Sequence record: SRR20825006_1005
DNA: 64,000 nucleotides
Reading direction: 5' to 3' (one strand)
Of the stretch, positions 11,182 to 22,145 are shown piece by piece. The notes beneath the pieces were generated by a model that was not told the origin of the DNA, did no database searches, and saw only the letters and a program-made list of their open reading frames with translations. A program made the translations under genes and the position numbers. Each line of letters begins with the position of its first letter. Position 1 is the stretch's first letter.

Positions 11182-12285
11182 CTACGGCGTTGTCGGTAGC
11201 TCAATTGCACGGTGGGTTTTCGCTGATTCGTAACACGCGTCGACCAAGGCCATCGTGCGCAGGTTGTCGCGACCGCTTAGGTTGGGTTCGATGCCCGCTT
11301 CCAATGCGACCAACAGTTCCGCCATCGGGCCGGCGAACGCGTCGGGGAACCAGACCTCGTCCCAGCGTGGTTGTTCCCATCGGCCGATGTCTTTCGTCGT
11401 CCAATCGATTGTGCTGGGGCATCGGCGCGGGTACTTGGGCCATCCGATGGTTCCACGAGCCATCCCTTCCGTGCCCTCGACTCGCCAGGTGATGCCCAGG
11501 TCTTCCGCCGCGCCTTCGCGTGCCGGTCCTGCCCACACGTCATCGCAAATTTGGCAACGCAACCCGCTGGCGTATTCCAGGATGTACAGCCCAATGCCGT
11601 CCACGTGCGGGAACGTCGTCCGCGGATCGGTCCGGAAACTAGCAAAGACGCGAACCGGATCACCGAACCAGTACCGCATCGCATCCAAGTGGTGAATCGA
11701 CATGATTCGGCATGTCATCCAACGCTGGCGTTGTTGCCACGGCATCCAGTGTGGGATCGCTCGCATGTCGATGGTCGCCAAAACAGGTTCGCCGAGTTTT
11801 CCTTGATCCAACATCGTTTTGCAGGCGCGGACGGAGTGGTCGTAGCGCATGTTTTGATTGACGCAAAGCGTGACTCCTGCGTCGTGGCAGAGATCGACAA
11901 TCTTCTGGGCTTCAGAGAAACAGCCCGCGATAGGTTTTTGGGCCAAGATGCCACGGATGTGCGGATGCCGAACCACTTCACGAATGATCTCGAGTTGAAC
12001 GTCGGGCGGGACCGCGATGTCGACGACTTCGATGGAAGTGTCGGTCAAGAGTTCGGTTGGATTGTCAAAGACTCGGGTGATTCCATGCCGCTCTGCCACC
12101 TTGTCGGCTTGTTCTCTTCGTCGCGAAGCGATCGCGGCGGGATGAAAGCCTGCCGCTCGGTACGCCACCAAATGGCAGTCATCCATGATGAACCCGGCAC
12201 CGATGCACCCAATGGGGACATTGCGATTTTGGGGCATGACGGGATCGATGCCCAAGTCAGTCGCGTCGCTTTCACGATGCGTCAA
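11182..12285 (-). CDS. Gfo/Idh/MocA-family NAD(P)-dependent oxidoreductase
   Basis: Rossmann motif [20 protein letters not shown] (EKP-like), NQNMRY and IHHLD. Probable TTG start at 12285 overlaps the upstream stop codon. Confidence 0.88.
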   Translation of the reverse strand: MTHRESDATDLGIDPVMPQNRNVPIGCIGAGFIMDDCHLVAYRAAGFHPAAIASRRREQADKVAERHGITRVFDNPTELLTDTSIEVVDIAVPPDVQLEIIREVVRHPHIRGILAQKPIAGCFSEAQKIVDLCHDAGVTLCVNQNMRYDHSVRACKTMLDQGKLGEPVLATIDMRAIPHWMPWQQRQRWMTCRIMSIHHLDAMRYWFGDPVRVFASFRTDPRTTFPHVDGIGLYILEYASGLRCQICDDVWAGPAREGAAEDLGITWRVEGTEGMARGTIGWPKYPRRCPSTIDWTTKDIGRWEQPRWDEVWFPDAFAGPMAELLVALEAGIEPNLSGRDNLRTMALVDACYESAKTHRAIELPTTP

Positions 12286-13163
12286 TTGTCCGCGTCCTTT
12301 GATTTCGCTTTCAAAGAGGTCGCGCTGGCGTCTCGATTCGGATCCAACCACGCCATGGACTGACCTTGCGAATCGTTTTGGTGCACGTCCGTGTCTTCAA
12401 ATCGTTGCCCGCCTATTTCACGCACGGCAGAATCTGGCAAGCGATCCAGTGGCGTGTAGCGAGGGTGATGCGATTCCTTGTAGGGATCATTGGACTTGGC
12501 GTTGTAGCAACAAATCATCGACCAACGCGGATTCTCGCTGTGATTTTGATCGCTGCGATGCAACAGATTGGAATGAAAAAAGAGCACATCACCAGGATTC
12601 ATTTCAACATGAACGAGCTCGAACTGTTTCAAGATTTCAGCCACACGTTCTGGATCAGCACCGGCTTGTTGGCCGGTCAGTTGATGGTGAACGCGTCCGC
12701 AAGCATGGGAGCCTCGGATCACTTGCAGGCATCCGTTTTCGCGCGTCGCCGGATCGACGGCAATGAAACAACTGACCAGATTCGGCGTTAAAACACCGTT
12801 GCCGTACCAGTAGCCGTAGTCTTGATGCCACGCCCACGCGCCACCGACTCGCGCGTCCTTCATGATCATCTTGGAGTGGTAATGATACGGTTCGTCTCGC
12901 AGCAATTGCTCTGCCCGTTCCACGATTCGGTTGCACCTTGCAAACGCTCCATAGACGCCGTTGCCGGGATGGTTCCAAAGAGACAGACGAACTGTGCCGC
13001 CTTCCCCGTCATCGCGACCAAACGCGTGGTCGTCCAGGCGTTTGTCTTCTTTGGCCGAGCGGCGCAGCAGTTCGATCTCATCCGCATCGAACAATGACGA
13101 AGCCAACAAGAAACCTTGGCTGTCGTAATCGGCAATCTGGGCTTCAGTGAGTGGACCGTGCAT
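12282..13163 (-). CDS. Phytanoyl-CoA dioxygenase (PhyH)-family Fe(II)/2-oxoglutarate dioxygenase
   Basis: WHQDYGYW (HxD), [26 protein letters not shown] (distal His) and N-x-S-x-x-x-R. Confidence 0.9.
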   Translation of the reverse strand: MHGPLTEAQIADYDSQGFLLASSLFDADEIELLRRSAKEDKRLDDHAFGRDDGEGGTVRLSLWNHPGNGVYGAFARCNRIVERAEQLLRDEPYHYHSKMIMKDARVGGAWAWHQDYGYWYGNGVLTPNLVSCFIAVDPATRENGCLQVIRGSHACGRVHHQLTGQQAGADPERVAEILKQFELVHVEMNPGDVLFFHSNLLHRSDQNHSENPRWSMICCYNAKSNDPYKESHHPRYTPLDRLPDSAVREIGGQRFEDTDVHQNDSQGQSMAWLDPNRDASATSLKAKSKDADN

Positions 13164-13315
13164 ATTTGCGGGAGTTGGTTCGCGGAAACGAATGACAACT
13201 TGTCATTGTATGCGATCCATTGCACCGACGGATTCGGTCACGGATGAAGAGGAGCACGCCTCGCTTTGTTCCCAAGCATCGGCGTGAATGCCATGTGGAA
13301 CATGGCCTACAATCC

Positions 13316-14137
13316 TCAGGCAGCGGCTCGTTGGGAGGGGCTGATTGGCAATCGGATGATGAACGCGGTGCCACGACCGACCGAGCTTTCGACTCGCACG
13401 CGACCTTTGTGTTCGTCGATGATGTCTTTGCAGGCGGCCAGTCCCAAACCCGTGCCACCCTTTCCCGTTTCATCGGGACCGGCTTTGGTGGAGAAGTACG
13501 GATCGAAAATCTTGGGCAAGACGTCTTCCGGGATGCCTTTGCCTGAATCGCGAACGGTGAGTTCGACATAGCCGTTTCCGTCAGCACCACTCTCACCGGA
13601 AGCAACGCGAATCCATAGCGTGCCACATTCGCCGATCGCTTGTCGCGAATTGGTCAACAGGTTCAGCAGCAACCGTTGGATTTGATTGCCGCTGGCGTGA
13701 ACGGTTGCGGTTTCGGCGAGATCGGTTTCGATGCTGATTCGGTACTTCTGCATTTCGCGTTGCATCAGCACCAATGTTTCACGAACCAAGCCACTCAAAT
13801 CAACCGGCCCCATCGCATCGCTGCGGTTGCGGGCTTGGGCCAAAATCGTGTTGGTGATTTGTGCAGCTCGCTCGGACGCTTCCAAAATTTTCGTCAGTGC
13901 TTTGTCTCGGCTGGCTTTGTCTTCGTTTCGTAGTCCCAACTTGGCATAGTTGATGACCGTCATCAGCACGTTGTTGAATTCGTGCGTCGCGGTTCCTGTC
14001 AGTTCGCCCAGTGTCGCCATCCCCTGCAAACGCTTCACTTGCTCCCGAAGCACCGTCAGCTCGTTGGCAGTGCGCTCATTGGATGAGGATTCAGGAGCGG
14101 CGTGAGTCGAAGCGGCGGCAGAAGCTTGTTGCGACAT
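13316..14137 (-). CDS. Cytoplasmic histidine kinase lacking a sensor domain (HisKA + HATPase)
   Basis: H-box ATHEFNNVL, N-box LLNLLTNS, G1 DSGKGI, F-box IFDPYFSTK, G2 GTGLGL. Only ~45 aa precede the H-box and there is no transmembrane segment. Confidence 0.92.
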   Translation of the reverse strand: MSQQASAAASTHAAPESSSNERTANELTVLREQVKRLQGMATLGELTGTATHEFNNVLMTVINYAKLGLRNEDKASRDKALTKILEASERAAQITNTILAQARNRSDAMGPVDLSGLVRETLVLMQREMQKYRISIETDLAETATVHASGNQIQRLLLNLLTNSRQAIGECGTLWIRVASGESGADGNGYVELTVRDSGKGIPEDVLPKIFDPYFSTKAGPDETGKGGTGLGLAACKDIIDEHKGRVRVESSVGRGTAFIIRLPISPSQRAAA

Positions 14138-14323
14138 AGCTGAATTGGAATCCAAGCAGGAAGGGAGTGGCTGTTTGATCTATCGGAACAACCCACACGG
14201 TTGATAAATCCCTGCTATCCGGCCCGCAAACCTTACCCTCCACGGCTCGTTTGCCTCGGTCACTTGTTCGCCCTGAATCACGCAGGCGAAAAGCCCCTCT
14301 CCAGCGAGTGCAAAGATCTCGAA

Positions 14324-14593
14324 ATGAATCGGTTTGACGACGAGAACGTGCTGGAACGCCTGAAACGGATGACCCGCATCGCCCGGCAGAATGGATTTGA
14401 AATTCGCGGTGAACCGTTGGAGGGGGCTGGCAGCACCTGGTGCGAAATTCGCGGCAAACGCATGCTCTTTCTGGATTTGACTCAAACGGCCGCCGAGCAA
14501 GCTCTCGCGATTGAGGAGATTTTGGAGATGACTCGGATGATCCGCCCCAACGCTCCTGTCGCTGCTCCTGCGAGCGTGAAACAGGCTGCTTGA
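14324..14593 (+). CDS. Small hypothetical protein
   Basis: Protein-like ORF (ARQNGFEIRGEPLEGAGSTWCEIRGKRMLFLDL), divergent from the kinase gene. Start is uncertain (14201 or 14324). Confidence 0.65.
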   Translation: MNRFDDENVLERLKRMTRIARQNGFEIRGEPLEGAGSTWCEIRGKRMLFLDLTQTAAEQALAIEEILEMTRMIRPNAPVAAPASVKQAA

Positions 14594-14766
14594 GCCTGCG
14601 GAAAGAGCCTCCATCGACCGCTTACCCACCTTCACCGGGGTGGATCCGTTCGTCGCATCGTCGTTTTTGTGAAAAAAACGTGCGGCGGTTTTGGTGTTTC
14701 GATTGCGAATTACAATCGGACGGCCGTTTTCTTTTGATGTTGGTTTTTAGGTAGGTTTGACGTGCT

Positions 14767-15822
14767 ATGCGTGTGATTGTGACAGGTTCCAGTGGGCTTA
14801 TCGGCTCGGCCGCAGTGCGGCATTGGGACGCCCTGGGTGACGAAGTCATCGGCATCGACAACGACATGCGCGCCACCTTTTTTGGCCCGGATGGCAGCAC
14901 GAAGTGGAACCAGTCGCGACTCGAAAAGGAAACGAACAACTTCCGAACGGTGTCGCTGGACATTCGCGACCGCGACGGCGTGTTGGATTTGTTCAAGAAC
15001 GAACCACCGGATTTGGTGATCCATTGTGCGGCTCAACCTTCACACGATAAAGCGGCCGCGATCCCGTTCTTGGATTTCGAAGTCAACGCCAACGGCACCT
15101 TGAACCTGCTGGAAGGAACTCGCCAGCACGCCCCCGAAGCTGTGTTCTGCCACATGAGCACGAACAAGGTTTATGGTGATGCACCCAATGAGTTGCCGCT
15201 GGACGAGTTGGAAACCCGCTGGGAATACGCTCGCGAAGAAGACTACGACGGCATCAGTGAATCGTGCCGCATCGACCAAACCATGCACTCATTGTTCGGT
15301 GCGTCCAAGACCGCTGCGGACGTGTTGGCTCAGGAATACGGAAAGTACTTCGGTCTGAAGACTGGCATCTTCCGGGGTGGTTGTTTGACCGGTGCCAGCC
15401 ACAGCGGCGTCGAGCTGCATGGCTTTTTGAGTTACCTCGTTCATGTCGCCGTGACGGGCAAGCCTTACACGATCTTTGGTTACAAAGGCAAACAAGTTCG
15501 CGACCAGATCGAATGCAGTGACGTGGTCAAAGCCTTCGAAGCGTTTTCAAAGAACCCGCGTCCGGGTGAGGTCTACAACATTGGCGGCGGGCGTGAGAAC
15601 GCGGCCAGCGTGTTGGAATGCATTCAAAAGATCGAAGACATTTCGGGTCACAAGGTGAAGTGGACGCTGGGCGACGACAATCGCAAAGGCGATCACATCT
15701 GTTACATCAGTGATCTCAGCAAACTGCGACGCGATTACCCGGACTGGGACATTCGCGTGTCGCTGGACGAGATCCTGCGGCAAATGATTGCAAGCGAAGA
15801 GTCCAAGCTCGCGACAGCATGA
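14767..15822 (+). CDS. NAD-dependent NDP-sugar epimerase/dehydratase (CDP-paratose 2-epimerase-like extended SDR)
   Basis: TGSSGLIG, HCAAQPS, STNKVYG, GKQVRD and VYNIGGG. The YxxxK position reads FGASK. Confidence 0.88.
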   Translation: MRVIVTGSSGLIGSAAVRHWDALGDEVIGIDNDMRATFFGPDGSTKWNQSRLEKETNNFRTVSLDIRDRDGVLDLFKNEPPDLVIHCAAQPSHDKAAAIPFLDFEVNANGTLNLLEGTRQHAPEAVFCHMSTNKVYGDAPNELPLDELETRWEYAREEDYDGISESCRIDQTMHSLFGASKTAADVLAQEYGKYFGLKTGIFRGGCLTGASHSGVELHGFLSYLVHVAVTGKPYTIFGYKGKQVRDQIECSDVVKAFEAFSKNPRPGEVYNIGGGRENAASVLECIQKIEDISGHKVKWTLGDDNRKGDHICYISDLSKLRRDYPDWDIRVSLDEILRQMIASEESKLATA

Positions 15823-15850
15823 TTCGCAAACGCGATTGAAATTGATTCAC

Positions 15851-15890
15851 AAAAAAAGCCGCTCACCGGATGATTCCAGTGAGCGGCTTT
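15851..15890. terminator. Intrinsic terminator between convergent epimerase and sulfatase genes
   Basis: Inverted repeat AAAGCCGCTCAC-CGGA-tgat-TCCA-GTGAGCGGCTTT. An A7 tract on the left gives the U-tract for the minus strand. Confidence 0.8.
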
Positions 15891-15930
15891 CTCGATGTTG
15901 ACCAGTGTGACCTACGCGGGCGGCTCTGTC

Positions 15931-17520
15931 TTAGCGGCTGCGACCGGCGTCGAGGAGCTTTTGAAGTTCCTGTTGCATTTGCTGTGCTCGTTCGGGTTCG
16001 CTGTCACTTAAATCGTTCTGTTCGGCGGGATCCGATTCAAGGTTGTAAAGAGCGAATTGGGGAACTGGTTTTCGCGTCATCGACAAGTCGAAGTTGTACG
16101 ACTTCTTTTGGTCGTGGCGAACGAGTTTCCAATCGCCGACGCGGTAGCCGTAGTTGCCGACTTTTCCGTTGTCTTGTTGGACCAAGTGTTCACGACCGGA
16201 GGCACCGGACTGATTCATCAACGCTCCGAGCACGTTTTGGCTGTCCAAGCTAGCGTCGTTTGGTAGTTCTTGCCCGACCATGGCGGCGAGACTGGCGGCA
16301 AAGTCGATGGTGCAAACCATTTCGTCGCTGACACCGACGGGAATCGTGCCTGGCATGCGGGTGATGAACGGCGTTCGCGTACCACCTTCGTAAACCGTGT
16401 ATTTGCCGCCTTGATACGGGCCATTGGGATCGTGGTTGCCAAGTTTTTCGTTGGCATCGTCTTTGTAGCCGTCGTCCAAAACAGGACCGTTGTCGCTGCA
16501 GAAGACCAACATGGTTTTCTCGGTGAGTCCGTTTTCTTCCAAAGACTTCATCAGTTCCCCAACGCACCAATCCAGTTCAGCAATGGCATCGCCACGAGGA
16601 CCGAGTTCGGTGCTGCCTTGGAAACGTTCGTGGACGACACGTGGAACGTGCAAATCGTGAGAGGCAAAGAACAGAAAGAACGGTTCTTCTCTGTTTTCGG
16701 CAATCCAACGCTTAGATTCCTCCACCCAGCGGTCCGACAAATCTTCGTCACGGAAACGAGCGGCGTGGCCACCGGTGTAGAACCCGATTCGGCTGATGCC
16801 GTTGTGAATTGTGGAGTTGTGACCGTGCGACCAATCCATCTTCAGTGTGTCGCGGTGGGTGATCCCGGTTGGGTGATCTTCGGATGGTTTCTTGTTGCCG
16901 ACCCAAAGTGGATCTTCAGGGTCCAAGTTTTCGACGTTGTGATCGTTGACGTAAACCTGCGGCACGCGGTCGTTCGTGGTGGGGAGCAAAATGCAGTGAT
17001 CGAAGCCGATTTCCAACGGTCCAGGTTTCAGGTCACCGTTCCAATCTGGGCCTTCGTTCTTTTCACCCAAGCCTAGGTGCCATTTGCCGATGACGGCCGT
17101 TTTGTAGCCGGCGTCTTTCAGAATGCTGGCCGTTGTTGTCGTTCCGGCGGGAATCAACGCGGGGCTGTTCGGTGGAGCGATGCCGGTATTGGGAAAACGG
17201 AAAGCGTAGGTGCCAGTCAGGAACGAGTAACGGGTCGGGGTGCAGGTCGATGCCGAACAATAACCGCTGGTGAAGCGACAACCTTCCGATGCCATCTGAT
17301 CAATGTTGGGAGTCTCCAGACCCTTGGCACCATAGCAACCGATGTCGCCGTACCCGAGGTCATCGGCCATCACGACGATGACGTTGGGGCGATCGTTGTC
17401 CGCCGCTGAGGTTTCCGACAATGGCGATACGACGCACGCGAAAAAGAGTAGAAGTGGGAGGAAAAGGCTCGGTGACCGACCCTTGGAAGTGTCAGATCGT
17501 CTCGCTTGATTGAACGGCAT
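15931..17520 (-). CDS. Exported formylglycine-dependent (Cys-type, S1) sulfatase
   Basis: Signal peptide, PNVIVVMADDLGYGD, CTPTR (CxPxR) followed by YSFLTG, GKWHLG, SDNG and YEGGTRTP. Confidence 0.95.
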   Translation of the reverse strand: MPFNQARRSDTSKGRSPSLFLPLLLFFACVVSPLSETSAADNDRPNVIVVMADDLGYGDIGCYGAKGLETPNIDQMASEGCRFTSGYCSASTCTPTRYSFLTGTYAFRFPNTGIAPPNSPALIPAGTTTTASILKDAGYKTAVIGKWHLGLGEKNEGPDWNGDLKPGPLEIGFDHCILLPTTNDRVPQVYVNDHNVENLDPEDPLWVGNKKPSEDHPTGITHRDTLKMDWSHGHNSTIHNGISRIGFYTGGHAARFRDEDLSDRWVEESKRWIAENREEPFFLFFASHDLHVPRVVHERFQGSTELGPRGDAIAELDWCVGELMKSLEENGLTEKTMLVFCSDNGPVLDDGYKDDANEKLGNHDPNGPYQGGKYTVYEGGTRTPFITRMPGTIPVGVSDEMVCTIDFAASLAAMVGQELPNDASLDSQNVLGALMNQSGASGREHLVQQDNGKVGNYGYRVGDWKLVRHDQKKSYNFDLSMTRKPVPQFALYNLESDPAEQNDLSDSEPERAQQMQQELQKLLDAGRSR

Positions 17521-17994
17521 GATGCTGTTGGTTTGGGGGAGGGGGAGAGGTGGGGATCAGACGCTTGATTGTACTCGCGTCCGCAAAGGCTGGCACCTGT
17601 TGATCGGTCGTCGCCTAGGCACCGAAGGTTGAATCGGTGCGAAAGCTGCACGGATGGGTCTATAGAAACATCCGGTCAGAAGACTGATGCTGGACGGCTT
17701 TTTGCCAGATCGCAGGGCGTCTGCCACCATTGGTCGAAATGCCTTCGTCAACCGAGCGATCAACGATTTGCGAGAGATACTTGTGCGGCATGGACCCGTC
17801 GAATTGCGACATGTGAATTGATGTTTCGTCGTTTTGCTAAAAGCGGCGTGGATCGTCGGGCGATCGAGATGAAGATGGATTAAATTCAGAGACGTCCGCG
17901 AGGCATCTTGCTCGTCAGTTGCCACTCAAGCTTTTCGAGCGAACGATCGCGACGCCACCTTCCATCCACCCCACCTCGATACTCCCATTGATCT

Positions 17995-19167
17995 ATGAAG
18001 ACTTGGCTTTCTCTAATTTTGTTGTCCGTTGTCGCCATCCCGCTTTCCACCTTTGCCGCCGAACCGGACAACGCTCCGTTGGTTTATGAAGGCGGCGAAG
18101 GAATTGGTAAGGGCAAGCACATCGTGTTTGTCGCGAATGATCACGAATATCGATCCGAACAAACTTGTCCGCTGCTGGCGAAGATTCTGGCAAAACACCA
18201 TGGGTTTCGTTGCACGGTGTTGTTTGGAATCGATGAAGATGGCGAGATCAAAGCCGGTGACTCACCCGTGCCCGGGATGGAGGCTTTGAAAGACGCTGAC
18301 TTGCTGTTTTTCTTCACTCGTTTCATGAAACTACCCGACGAACAAGTCGACCTGTTGGTGGACTACTTTGAACGCGGTGGGCCGGTCGTTGGAGCTCGGA
18401 CGTCCACTCACTGCTTCAATGGACAAAAAGGAAAGTGGGCGAAGTTGAACTTCAACTACGAGAGTGAAGATTACCTCGGTGGTTTAGGTGAACAGATTTT
18501 TGGCAACACTTGGCACTCGACGCGAGGGCAAAGTCACTACGGCGGCAACCACAGTTCGAGCAGTCGGATCACCGCGGTGGAATCGGCCTCCGATCATCCG
18601 ATCATGACCGGGGTTGGAACGATGCACGGCTACAGCGGAGCGTATTCGTCTCGTCCGCCAGCCGGATCAACTCCATTGGTGGAGGTTCAGGTTCTCAATA
18701 CGTTTGAACCAAGTGACGATGTCAACACGGACAAGCCAAAGGTGTCTGCTGGTTGGACTCGGGATCACTACGTTGCGCCATCGGGCGAGAAGAAGGATGC
18801 TCGCGTCGCTTACTTCTCGTACGGTGCGTCCGAGGATTTGCTCGACGAAGACACACGTCGCTGTTTCGCAAACGCTTGTTTGTGGGCACTCGGCATGGAA
18901 GACCAGATCACCGGGGATTTGGACATGAGCATTGTTGGGTCGTTCGTTCCAACACCATTCACCACCGGCGCGCTGTATCGTGATAACGTCCGGCCTTCGG
19001 AACTGGCCGGCTGGGACAGCGAAATCATGCCGACGGATCATGTGCTGGGCGGAATGGACAAGCCAAAGATGGTTCGTAAGGTCCAGTCAGCCCTGAAGGC
19101 ACGCCCCAAGTTGCGTGAACAAGTCGCCAAGGATTACCCCAAGCTATACGGCGAAGACGCGAAATAG
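17995..19167 (+). CDS. Exported ThuA-like (class I glutamine-amidotransferase-like fold) protein
   Basis: Signal peptide MKTWLSLILLSVVAIPLSTFAA, KHIVFVANDHEYRSE, LKDADLLFFFTRF, GGPVVGARTSTH and HPIMTGV. Confidence 0.65.
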   Translation: MKTWLSLILLSVVAIPLSTFAAEPDNAPLVYEGGEGIGKGKHIVFVANDHEYRSEQTCPLLAKILAKHHGFRCTVLFGIDEDGEIKAGDSPVPGMEALKDADLLFFFTRFMKLPDEQVDLLVDYFERGGPVVGARTSTHCFNGQKGKWAKLNFNYESEDYLGGLGEQIFGNTWHSTRGQSHYGGNHSSSSRITAVESASDHPIMTGVGTMHGYSGAYSSRPPAGSTPLVEVQVLNTFEPSDDVNTDKPKVSAGWTRDHYVAPSGEKKDARVAYFSYGASEDLLDEDTRRCFANACLWALGMEDQITGDLDMSIVGSFVPTPFTTGALYRDNVRPSELAGWDSEIMPTDHVLGGMDKPKMVRKVQSALKARPKLREQVAKDYPKLYGEDAK

Positions 19168-19418
19168 CCTCTTCAGCAATGGTTCGACCGCCGACGTTGC
19201 AGCTGCATCCAATCGGTCGCCGACCATTTTTGCGATCGTGAATGAGCCTCAGGTCGCGGACTGTTGTTGATGACAGCCCGCGGCCTTTTTTTGCATGGCG
19301 GCATCCTCGCAAACCAAGTCGGGTCATTCAGATACTTTGCCGGTTTGCACGTGATACGGGCAGAATAAGCAAGTACGCAGGTTGCGAGCGTTTCCTGCCG
19401 TCAGAGTGATTTTCGCAA

Positions 19419-22016
19419 TTGCTTGTTCGGGGGGTGACCTCTATTTTGGGCGAGTGCCATCAAATTGATTGGTGGCTGTGCGTTCACCTGGATGGACGCA
19501 ACTCGGGGGAACGCAATTGGTCGATCAAGCATCGGATGGTCCGTCGATGCGATCCTGAGCGTTATCGCCAATCTCAAGAGAGCCTTCAAAACTCTCAACC
19601 CAATCCCATCAGCATTCCCGTCAGCACGGTCAACGAGCTGCACAGCAATTCACTTGGCATGGCTCACTCGTTCAATCCCTCGATCGCGATCGCTGACACA
19701 AACGAACGCTATGTGTCGGCCAACGCTGTCTATGCTCAGCAGTTCCATCGTTCACCGTCAGAATTGTTGGGCGGCACCATCCGAGAAATGGTGGGCGATG
19801 ACCATTATCAATCGATGAAGCCGCATTTGGATCGAGCGTTTAGCGGTGAGCAATCGACTCAGTCGGTTGCTGAGGCAGCGACCGATGGTGTGACGACGTA
19901 CCGACAAGTCAGCTATGACCCTCAGCTTTCTGCGGACGGGCAAGTCACAGGCGTGATGATTGTGGCAATGGATATCACGGACAGCAAACGTCGTGAATCA
20001 GATCTGCGGGAATCAAACGAGTTCAGCCGAGCGATCTTGGAGAGCAGTCCCGACTGTGTGAAGGTGCTGAGCGAAGAAGGAGATCTGATGTCGATGAACG
20101 CCAAGGGAATGTGCTTGATGGAGATCGATGATCTGGAGCCGTTCCGCAATCAGGCGTGGTGGAGCTATTGGCCGGAACAGGCACAGGGAACGGTTCGCAA
20201 GTCATTGAAAGATGCTCGTGAAAATGGTGAAGGCCGTTTCGAGGCGGAATGCCCGACCGTAAAGGGGACGCCGAAATGGTGGGATGTGATCGTGACTCCC
20301 GTTCGTCGTAATTCGGGCGAGGTCAAACAGTTTGTCGCGGTTTCGCGAGATGTCACCGCACGGCGTTTGCACAAACAAGAGCTCGAGGAGCGTGAGAAGC
20401 GGCTTCATCGAGTGATCAACAACATGAACAGTTTTGTCGGCATTGTTGATCTTGATGGGGTTCTTCAGGAGGTCAATCAAACCGCCATCAATGCGGCATC
20501 CGTGGCTCGCGAAGACGTGATCGGACGGCCGTTTTGGGAAGCGTTTTGGTGGTCGCATGATGATCAAGTCGCCGAACAAGTGAAGTCGTCAGTTCAAGCG
20601 GCGATTCGTGGGGAGACGTCTCGGTTTGACATCGCCTATCGAATCGCGGGCGACTCATCGCGAATGGTGGATGTATCGTTCGTCCCTGTGCGAGATGAAT
20701 CTGGGCGAGATGAATTAGGTCCGCCTTTGTATGTCGTCGCCTCAGGCTTCGATGTGACGGATCGGTATGAGTTCGAACGCTCATTGAAGGACGCGACGGA
20801 TGCGGCGGAGCAAGCCAATCGGGCGAAGAGTCAATTCCTCGCGAACATGTCGCATGAAATTCGGACGCCGATGACTTCGATCTTAGGCTACGCCGACCTG
20901 ATCTCGCAGAAACAGATCGATGAGGACACTCGCTCCCACGTTGCAACCATTCGACGCAACGGTGCGTTTCTGTTGGGGTTGATCAACGATATTCTCGATT
21001 TGTCGAAGATCGAAGCGGATCGCATGGAAGTCTTTGATGAGTCAGTGAATTTGATTCACCTGATCGAAGATGTGCTCAGCATCATGCAGGTCCGTGCGGC
21101 GGAGAAGGATCTTGAGATTCGTGTCGATTACTGCGGGAAGATTCCCCGAGAGATCCAAGCGGATTCAAAACGCCTGCGACAAATTTTGGTCAATCTCGTC
21201 GGCAACGCGGTGAAGTTCACCGAGGCGGGGCATGTCCGTGTCGCTGTTCGAGCGGAACAAATCGATCGTAGAACTCGTGTCCATTTCGATGTGGTTGATA
21301 CTGGCATTGGGATCTCCGACGAACGGATGAAGAAACTGTTCCAACCGTTTTCGCAAGGTGACCCATCGATCATGAGGACGTATGGCGGGACCGGCCTGGG
21401 GTTGGTTATCAGCCAACGATTGGTTGCCATGCTGGGTGGTGAAATCACCGCGCGAAGTCGAGTCAACGAAGGCAGTTGCTTTTCGTTCTGCATCGACGCT
21501 GGCCAGGTCGATTGCACATCGCCAACGACGGTGTTGGACCAGGAATCGATTCGATCAATCGTTCCGCAACCTCACCCATCCGAGTCAGCCTTGTCGGAGT
21601 CAGATAACGGCCAACTTCCGCCGTCGCTGGATTGTCAGGTGCTGGTCGCGGATGACCGGCGAGACATTCGCTATCTGCTCAAACGCATATTGGCGGGAGC
21701 CGGTGCGTCGGTGGATGAGGTCGAGGATGGCCAGCAGGCGGTCGACCACATTGCTCAAACATTGTCGTCTCAGTCTTGTCCTCAAGTCGTGATCCTGGAC
21801 ATGCAAATGCCCAACTTGGACGGATTCGAAGCGACGCAAGAGTTGCGAACGTTGGGCTACACCGGCTTGATCATTGCGTTGACGGCGGACGCGATGGATG
21901 GCGATCGCCAGCGTTGCCTTGATTGCGGGTGTGACGACTATATGAGCAAACCAATCGACTCAGCCAAATTGATTGGCAAGATCGCAGGTTTGCTGAAACC
22001 CACTGGCGTCGAGTAG
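19419..22016 (+). CDS. Cytoplasmic hybrid histidine kinase (3 PAS/PAC - HisKA - HATPase - REC)
   Basis: Three PAS domains ending MDIT, RDVT and FDVT. FLANMSHEIRTP, NLVGNAVKFT, DTGIG and GGTGLGL. REC domain with LDMQMP and SKP. True start is probably later (ATG at 19659). Confidence 0.93.
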   Translation: MLVRGVTSILGECHQIDWWLCVHLDGRNSGERNWSIKHRMVRRCDPERYRQSQESLQNSQPNPISIPVSTVNELHSNSLGMAHSFNPSIAIADTNERYVSANAVYAQQFHRSPSELLGGTIREMVGDDHYQSMKPHLDRAFSGEQSTQSVAEAATDGVTTYRQVSYDPQLSADGQVTGVMIVAMDITDSKRRESDLRESNEFSRAILESSPDCVKVLSEEGDLMSMNAKGMCLMEIDDLEPFRNQAWWSYWPEQAQGTVRKSLKDARENGEGRFEAECPTVKGTPKWWDVIVTPVRRNSGEVKQFVAVSRDVTARRLHKQELEEREKRLHRVINNMNSFVGIVDLDGVLQEVNQTAINAASVAREDVIGRPFWEAFWWSHDDQVAEQVKSSVQAAIRGETSRFDIAYRIAGDSSRMVDVSFVPVRDESGRDELGPPLYVVASGFDVTDRYEFERSLKDATDAAEQANRAKSQFLANMSHEIRTPMTSILGYADLISQKQIDEDTRSHVATIRRNGAFLLGLINDILDLSKIEADRMEVFDESVNLIHLIEDVLSIMQVRAAEKDLEIRVDYCGKIPREIQADSKRLRQILVNLVGNAVKFTEAGHVRVAVRAEQIDRRTRVHFDVVDTGIGISDERMKKLFQPFSQGDPSIMRTYGGTGLGLVISQRLVAMLGGEITARSRVNEGSCFSFCIDAGQVDCTSPTTVLDQESIRSIVPQPHPSESALSESDNGQLPPSLDCQVLVADDRRDIRYLLKRILAGAGASVDEVEDGQQAVDHIAQTLSSQSCPQVVILDMQMPNLDGFEATQELRTLGYTGLIIALTADAMDGDRQRCLDCGCDDYMSKPIDSAKLIGKIAGLLKPTGVE

Positions 22017-22145
22017 CCGACTGGCGAAGCCGAACTTCTTGCGAATCGAACCACTCGAGACCTGCTTTCGAACTCGAAGTTTTGGATCAAACCGAAGCCC
22101 CGTTTGAAAGCTGTTGTCTTGCCGATTTGGAAGCCAGACACCAGC

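Noticed and set aside
11371-12363. 330-aa plus-strand ORF
   Set aside because: Antisense shadow of the Gfo/Idh/MocA gene.
14692-14707. Possible sigma-54 -24/-12 element (TGGTGTTTCGATTGC) upstream of the epimerase
   Set aside because: The GG-N10-GC spacing fits, but the match to TGGCAC is weak and could arise by chance.
17521-17994. 475-bp intergenic region with short hairpins (e.g. GCACCGA...TCGGTGC) and 100-120-aa ORFs
   Set aside because: No recognisable riboswitch or ncRNA consensus, and the ORFs lack protein-like features. An Rfam search or RNA-seq would be needed.
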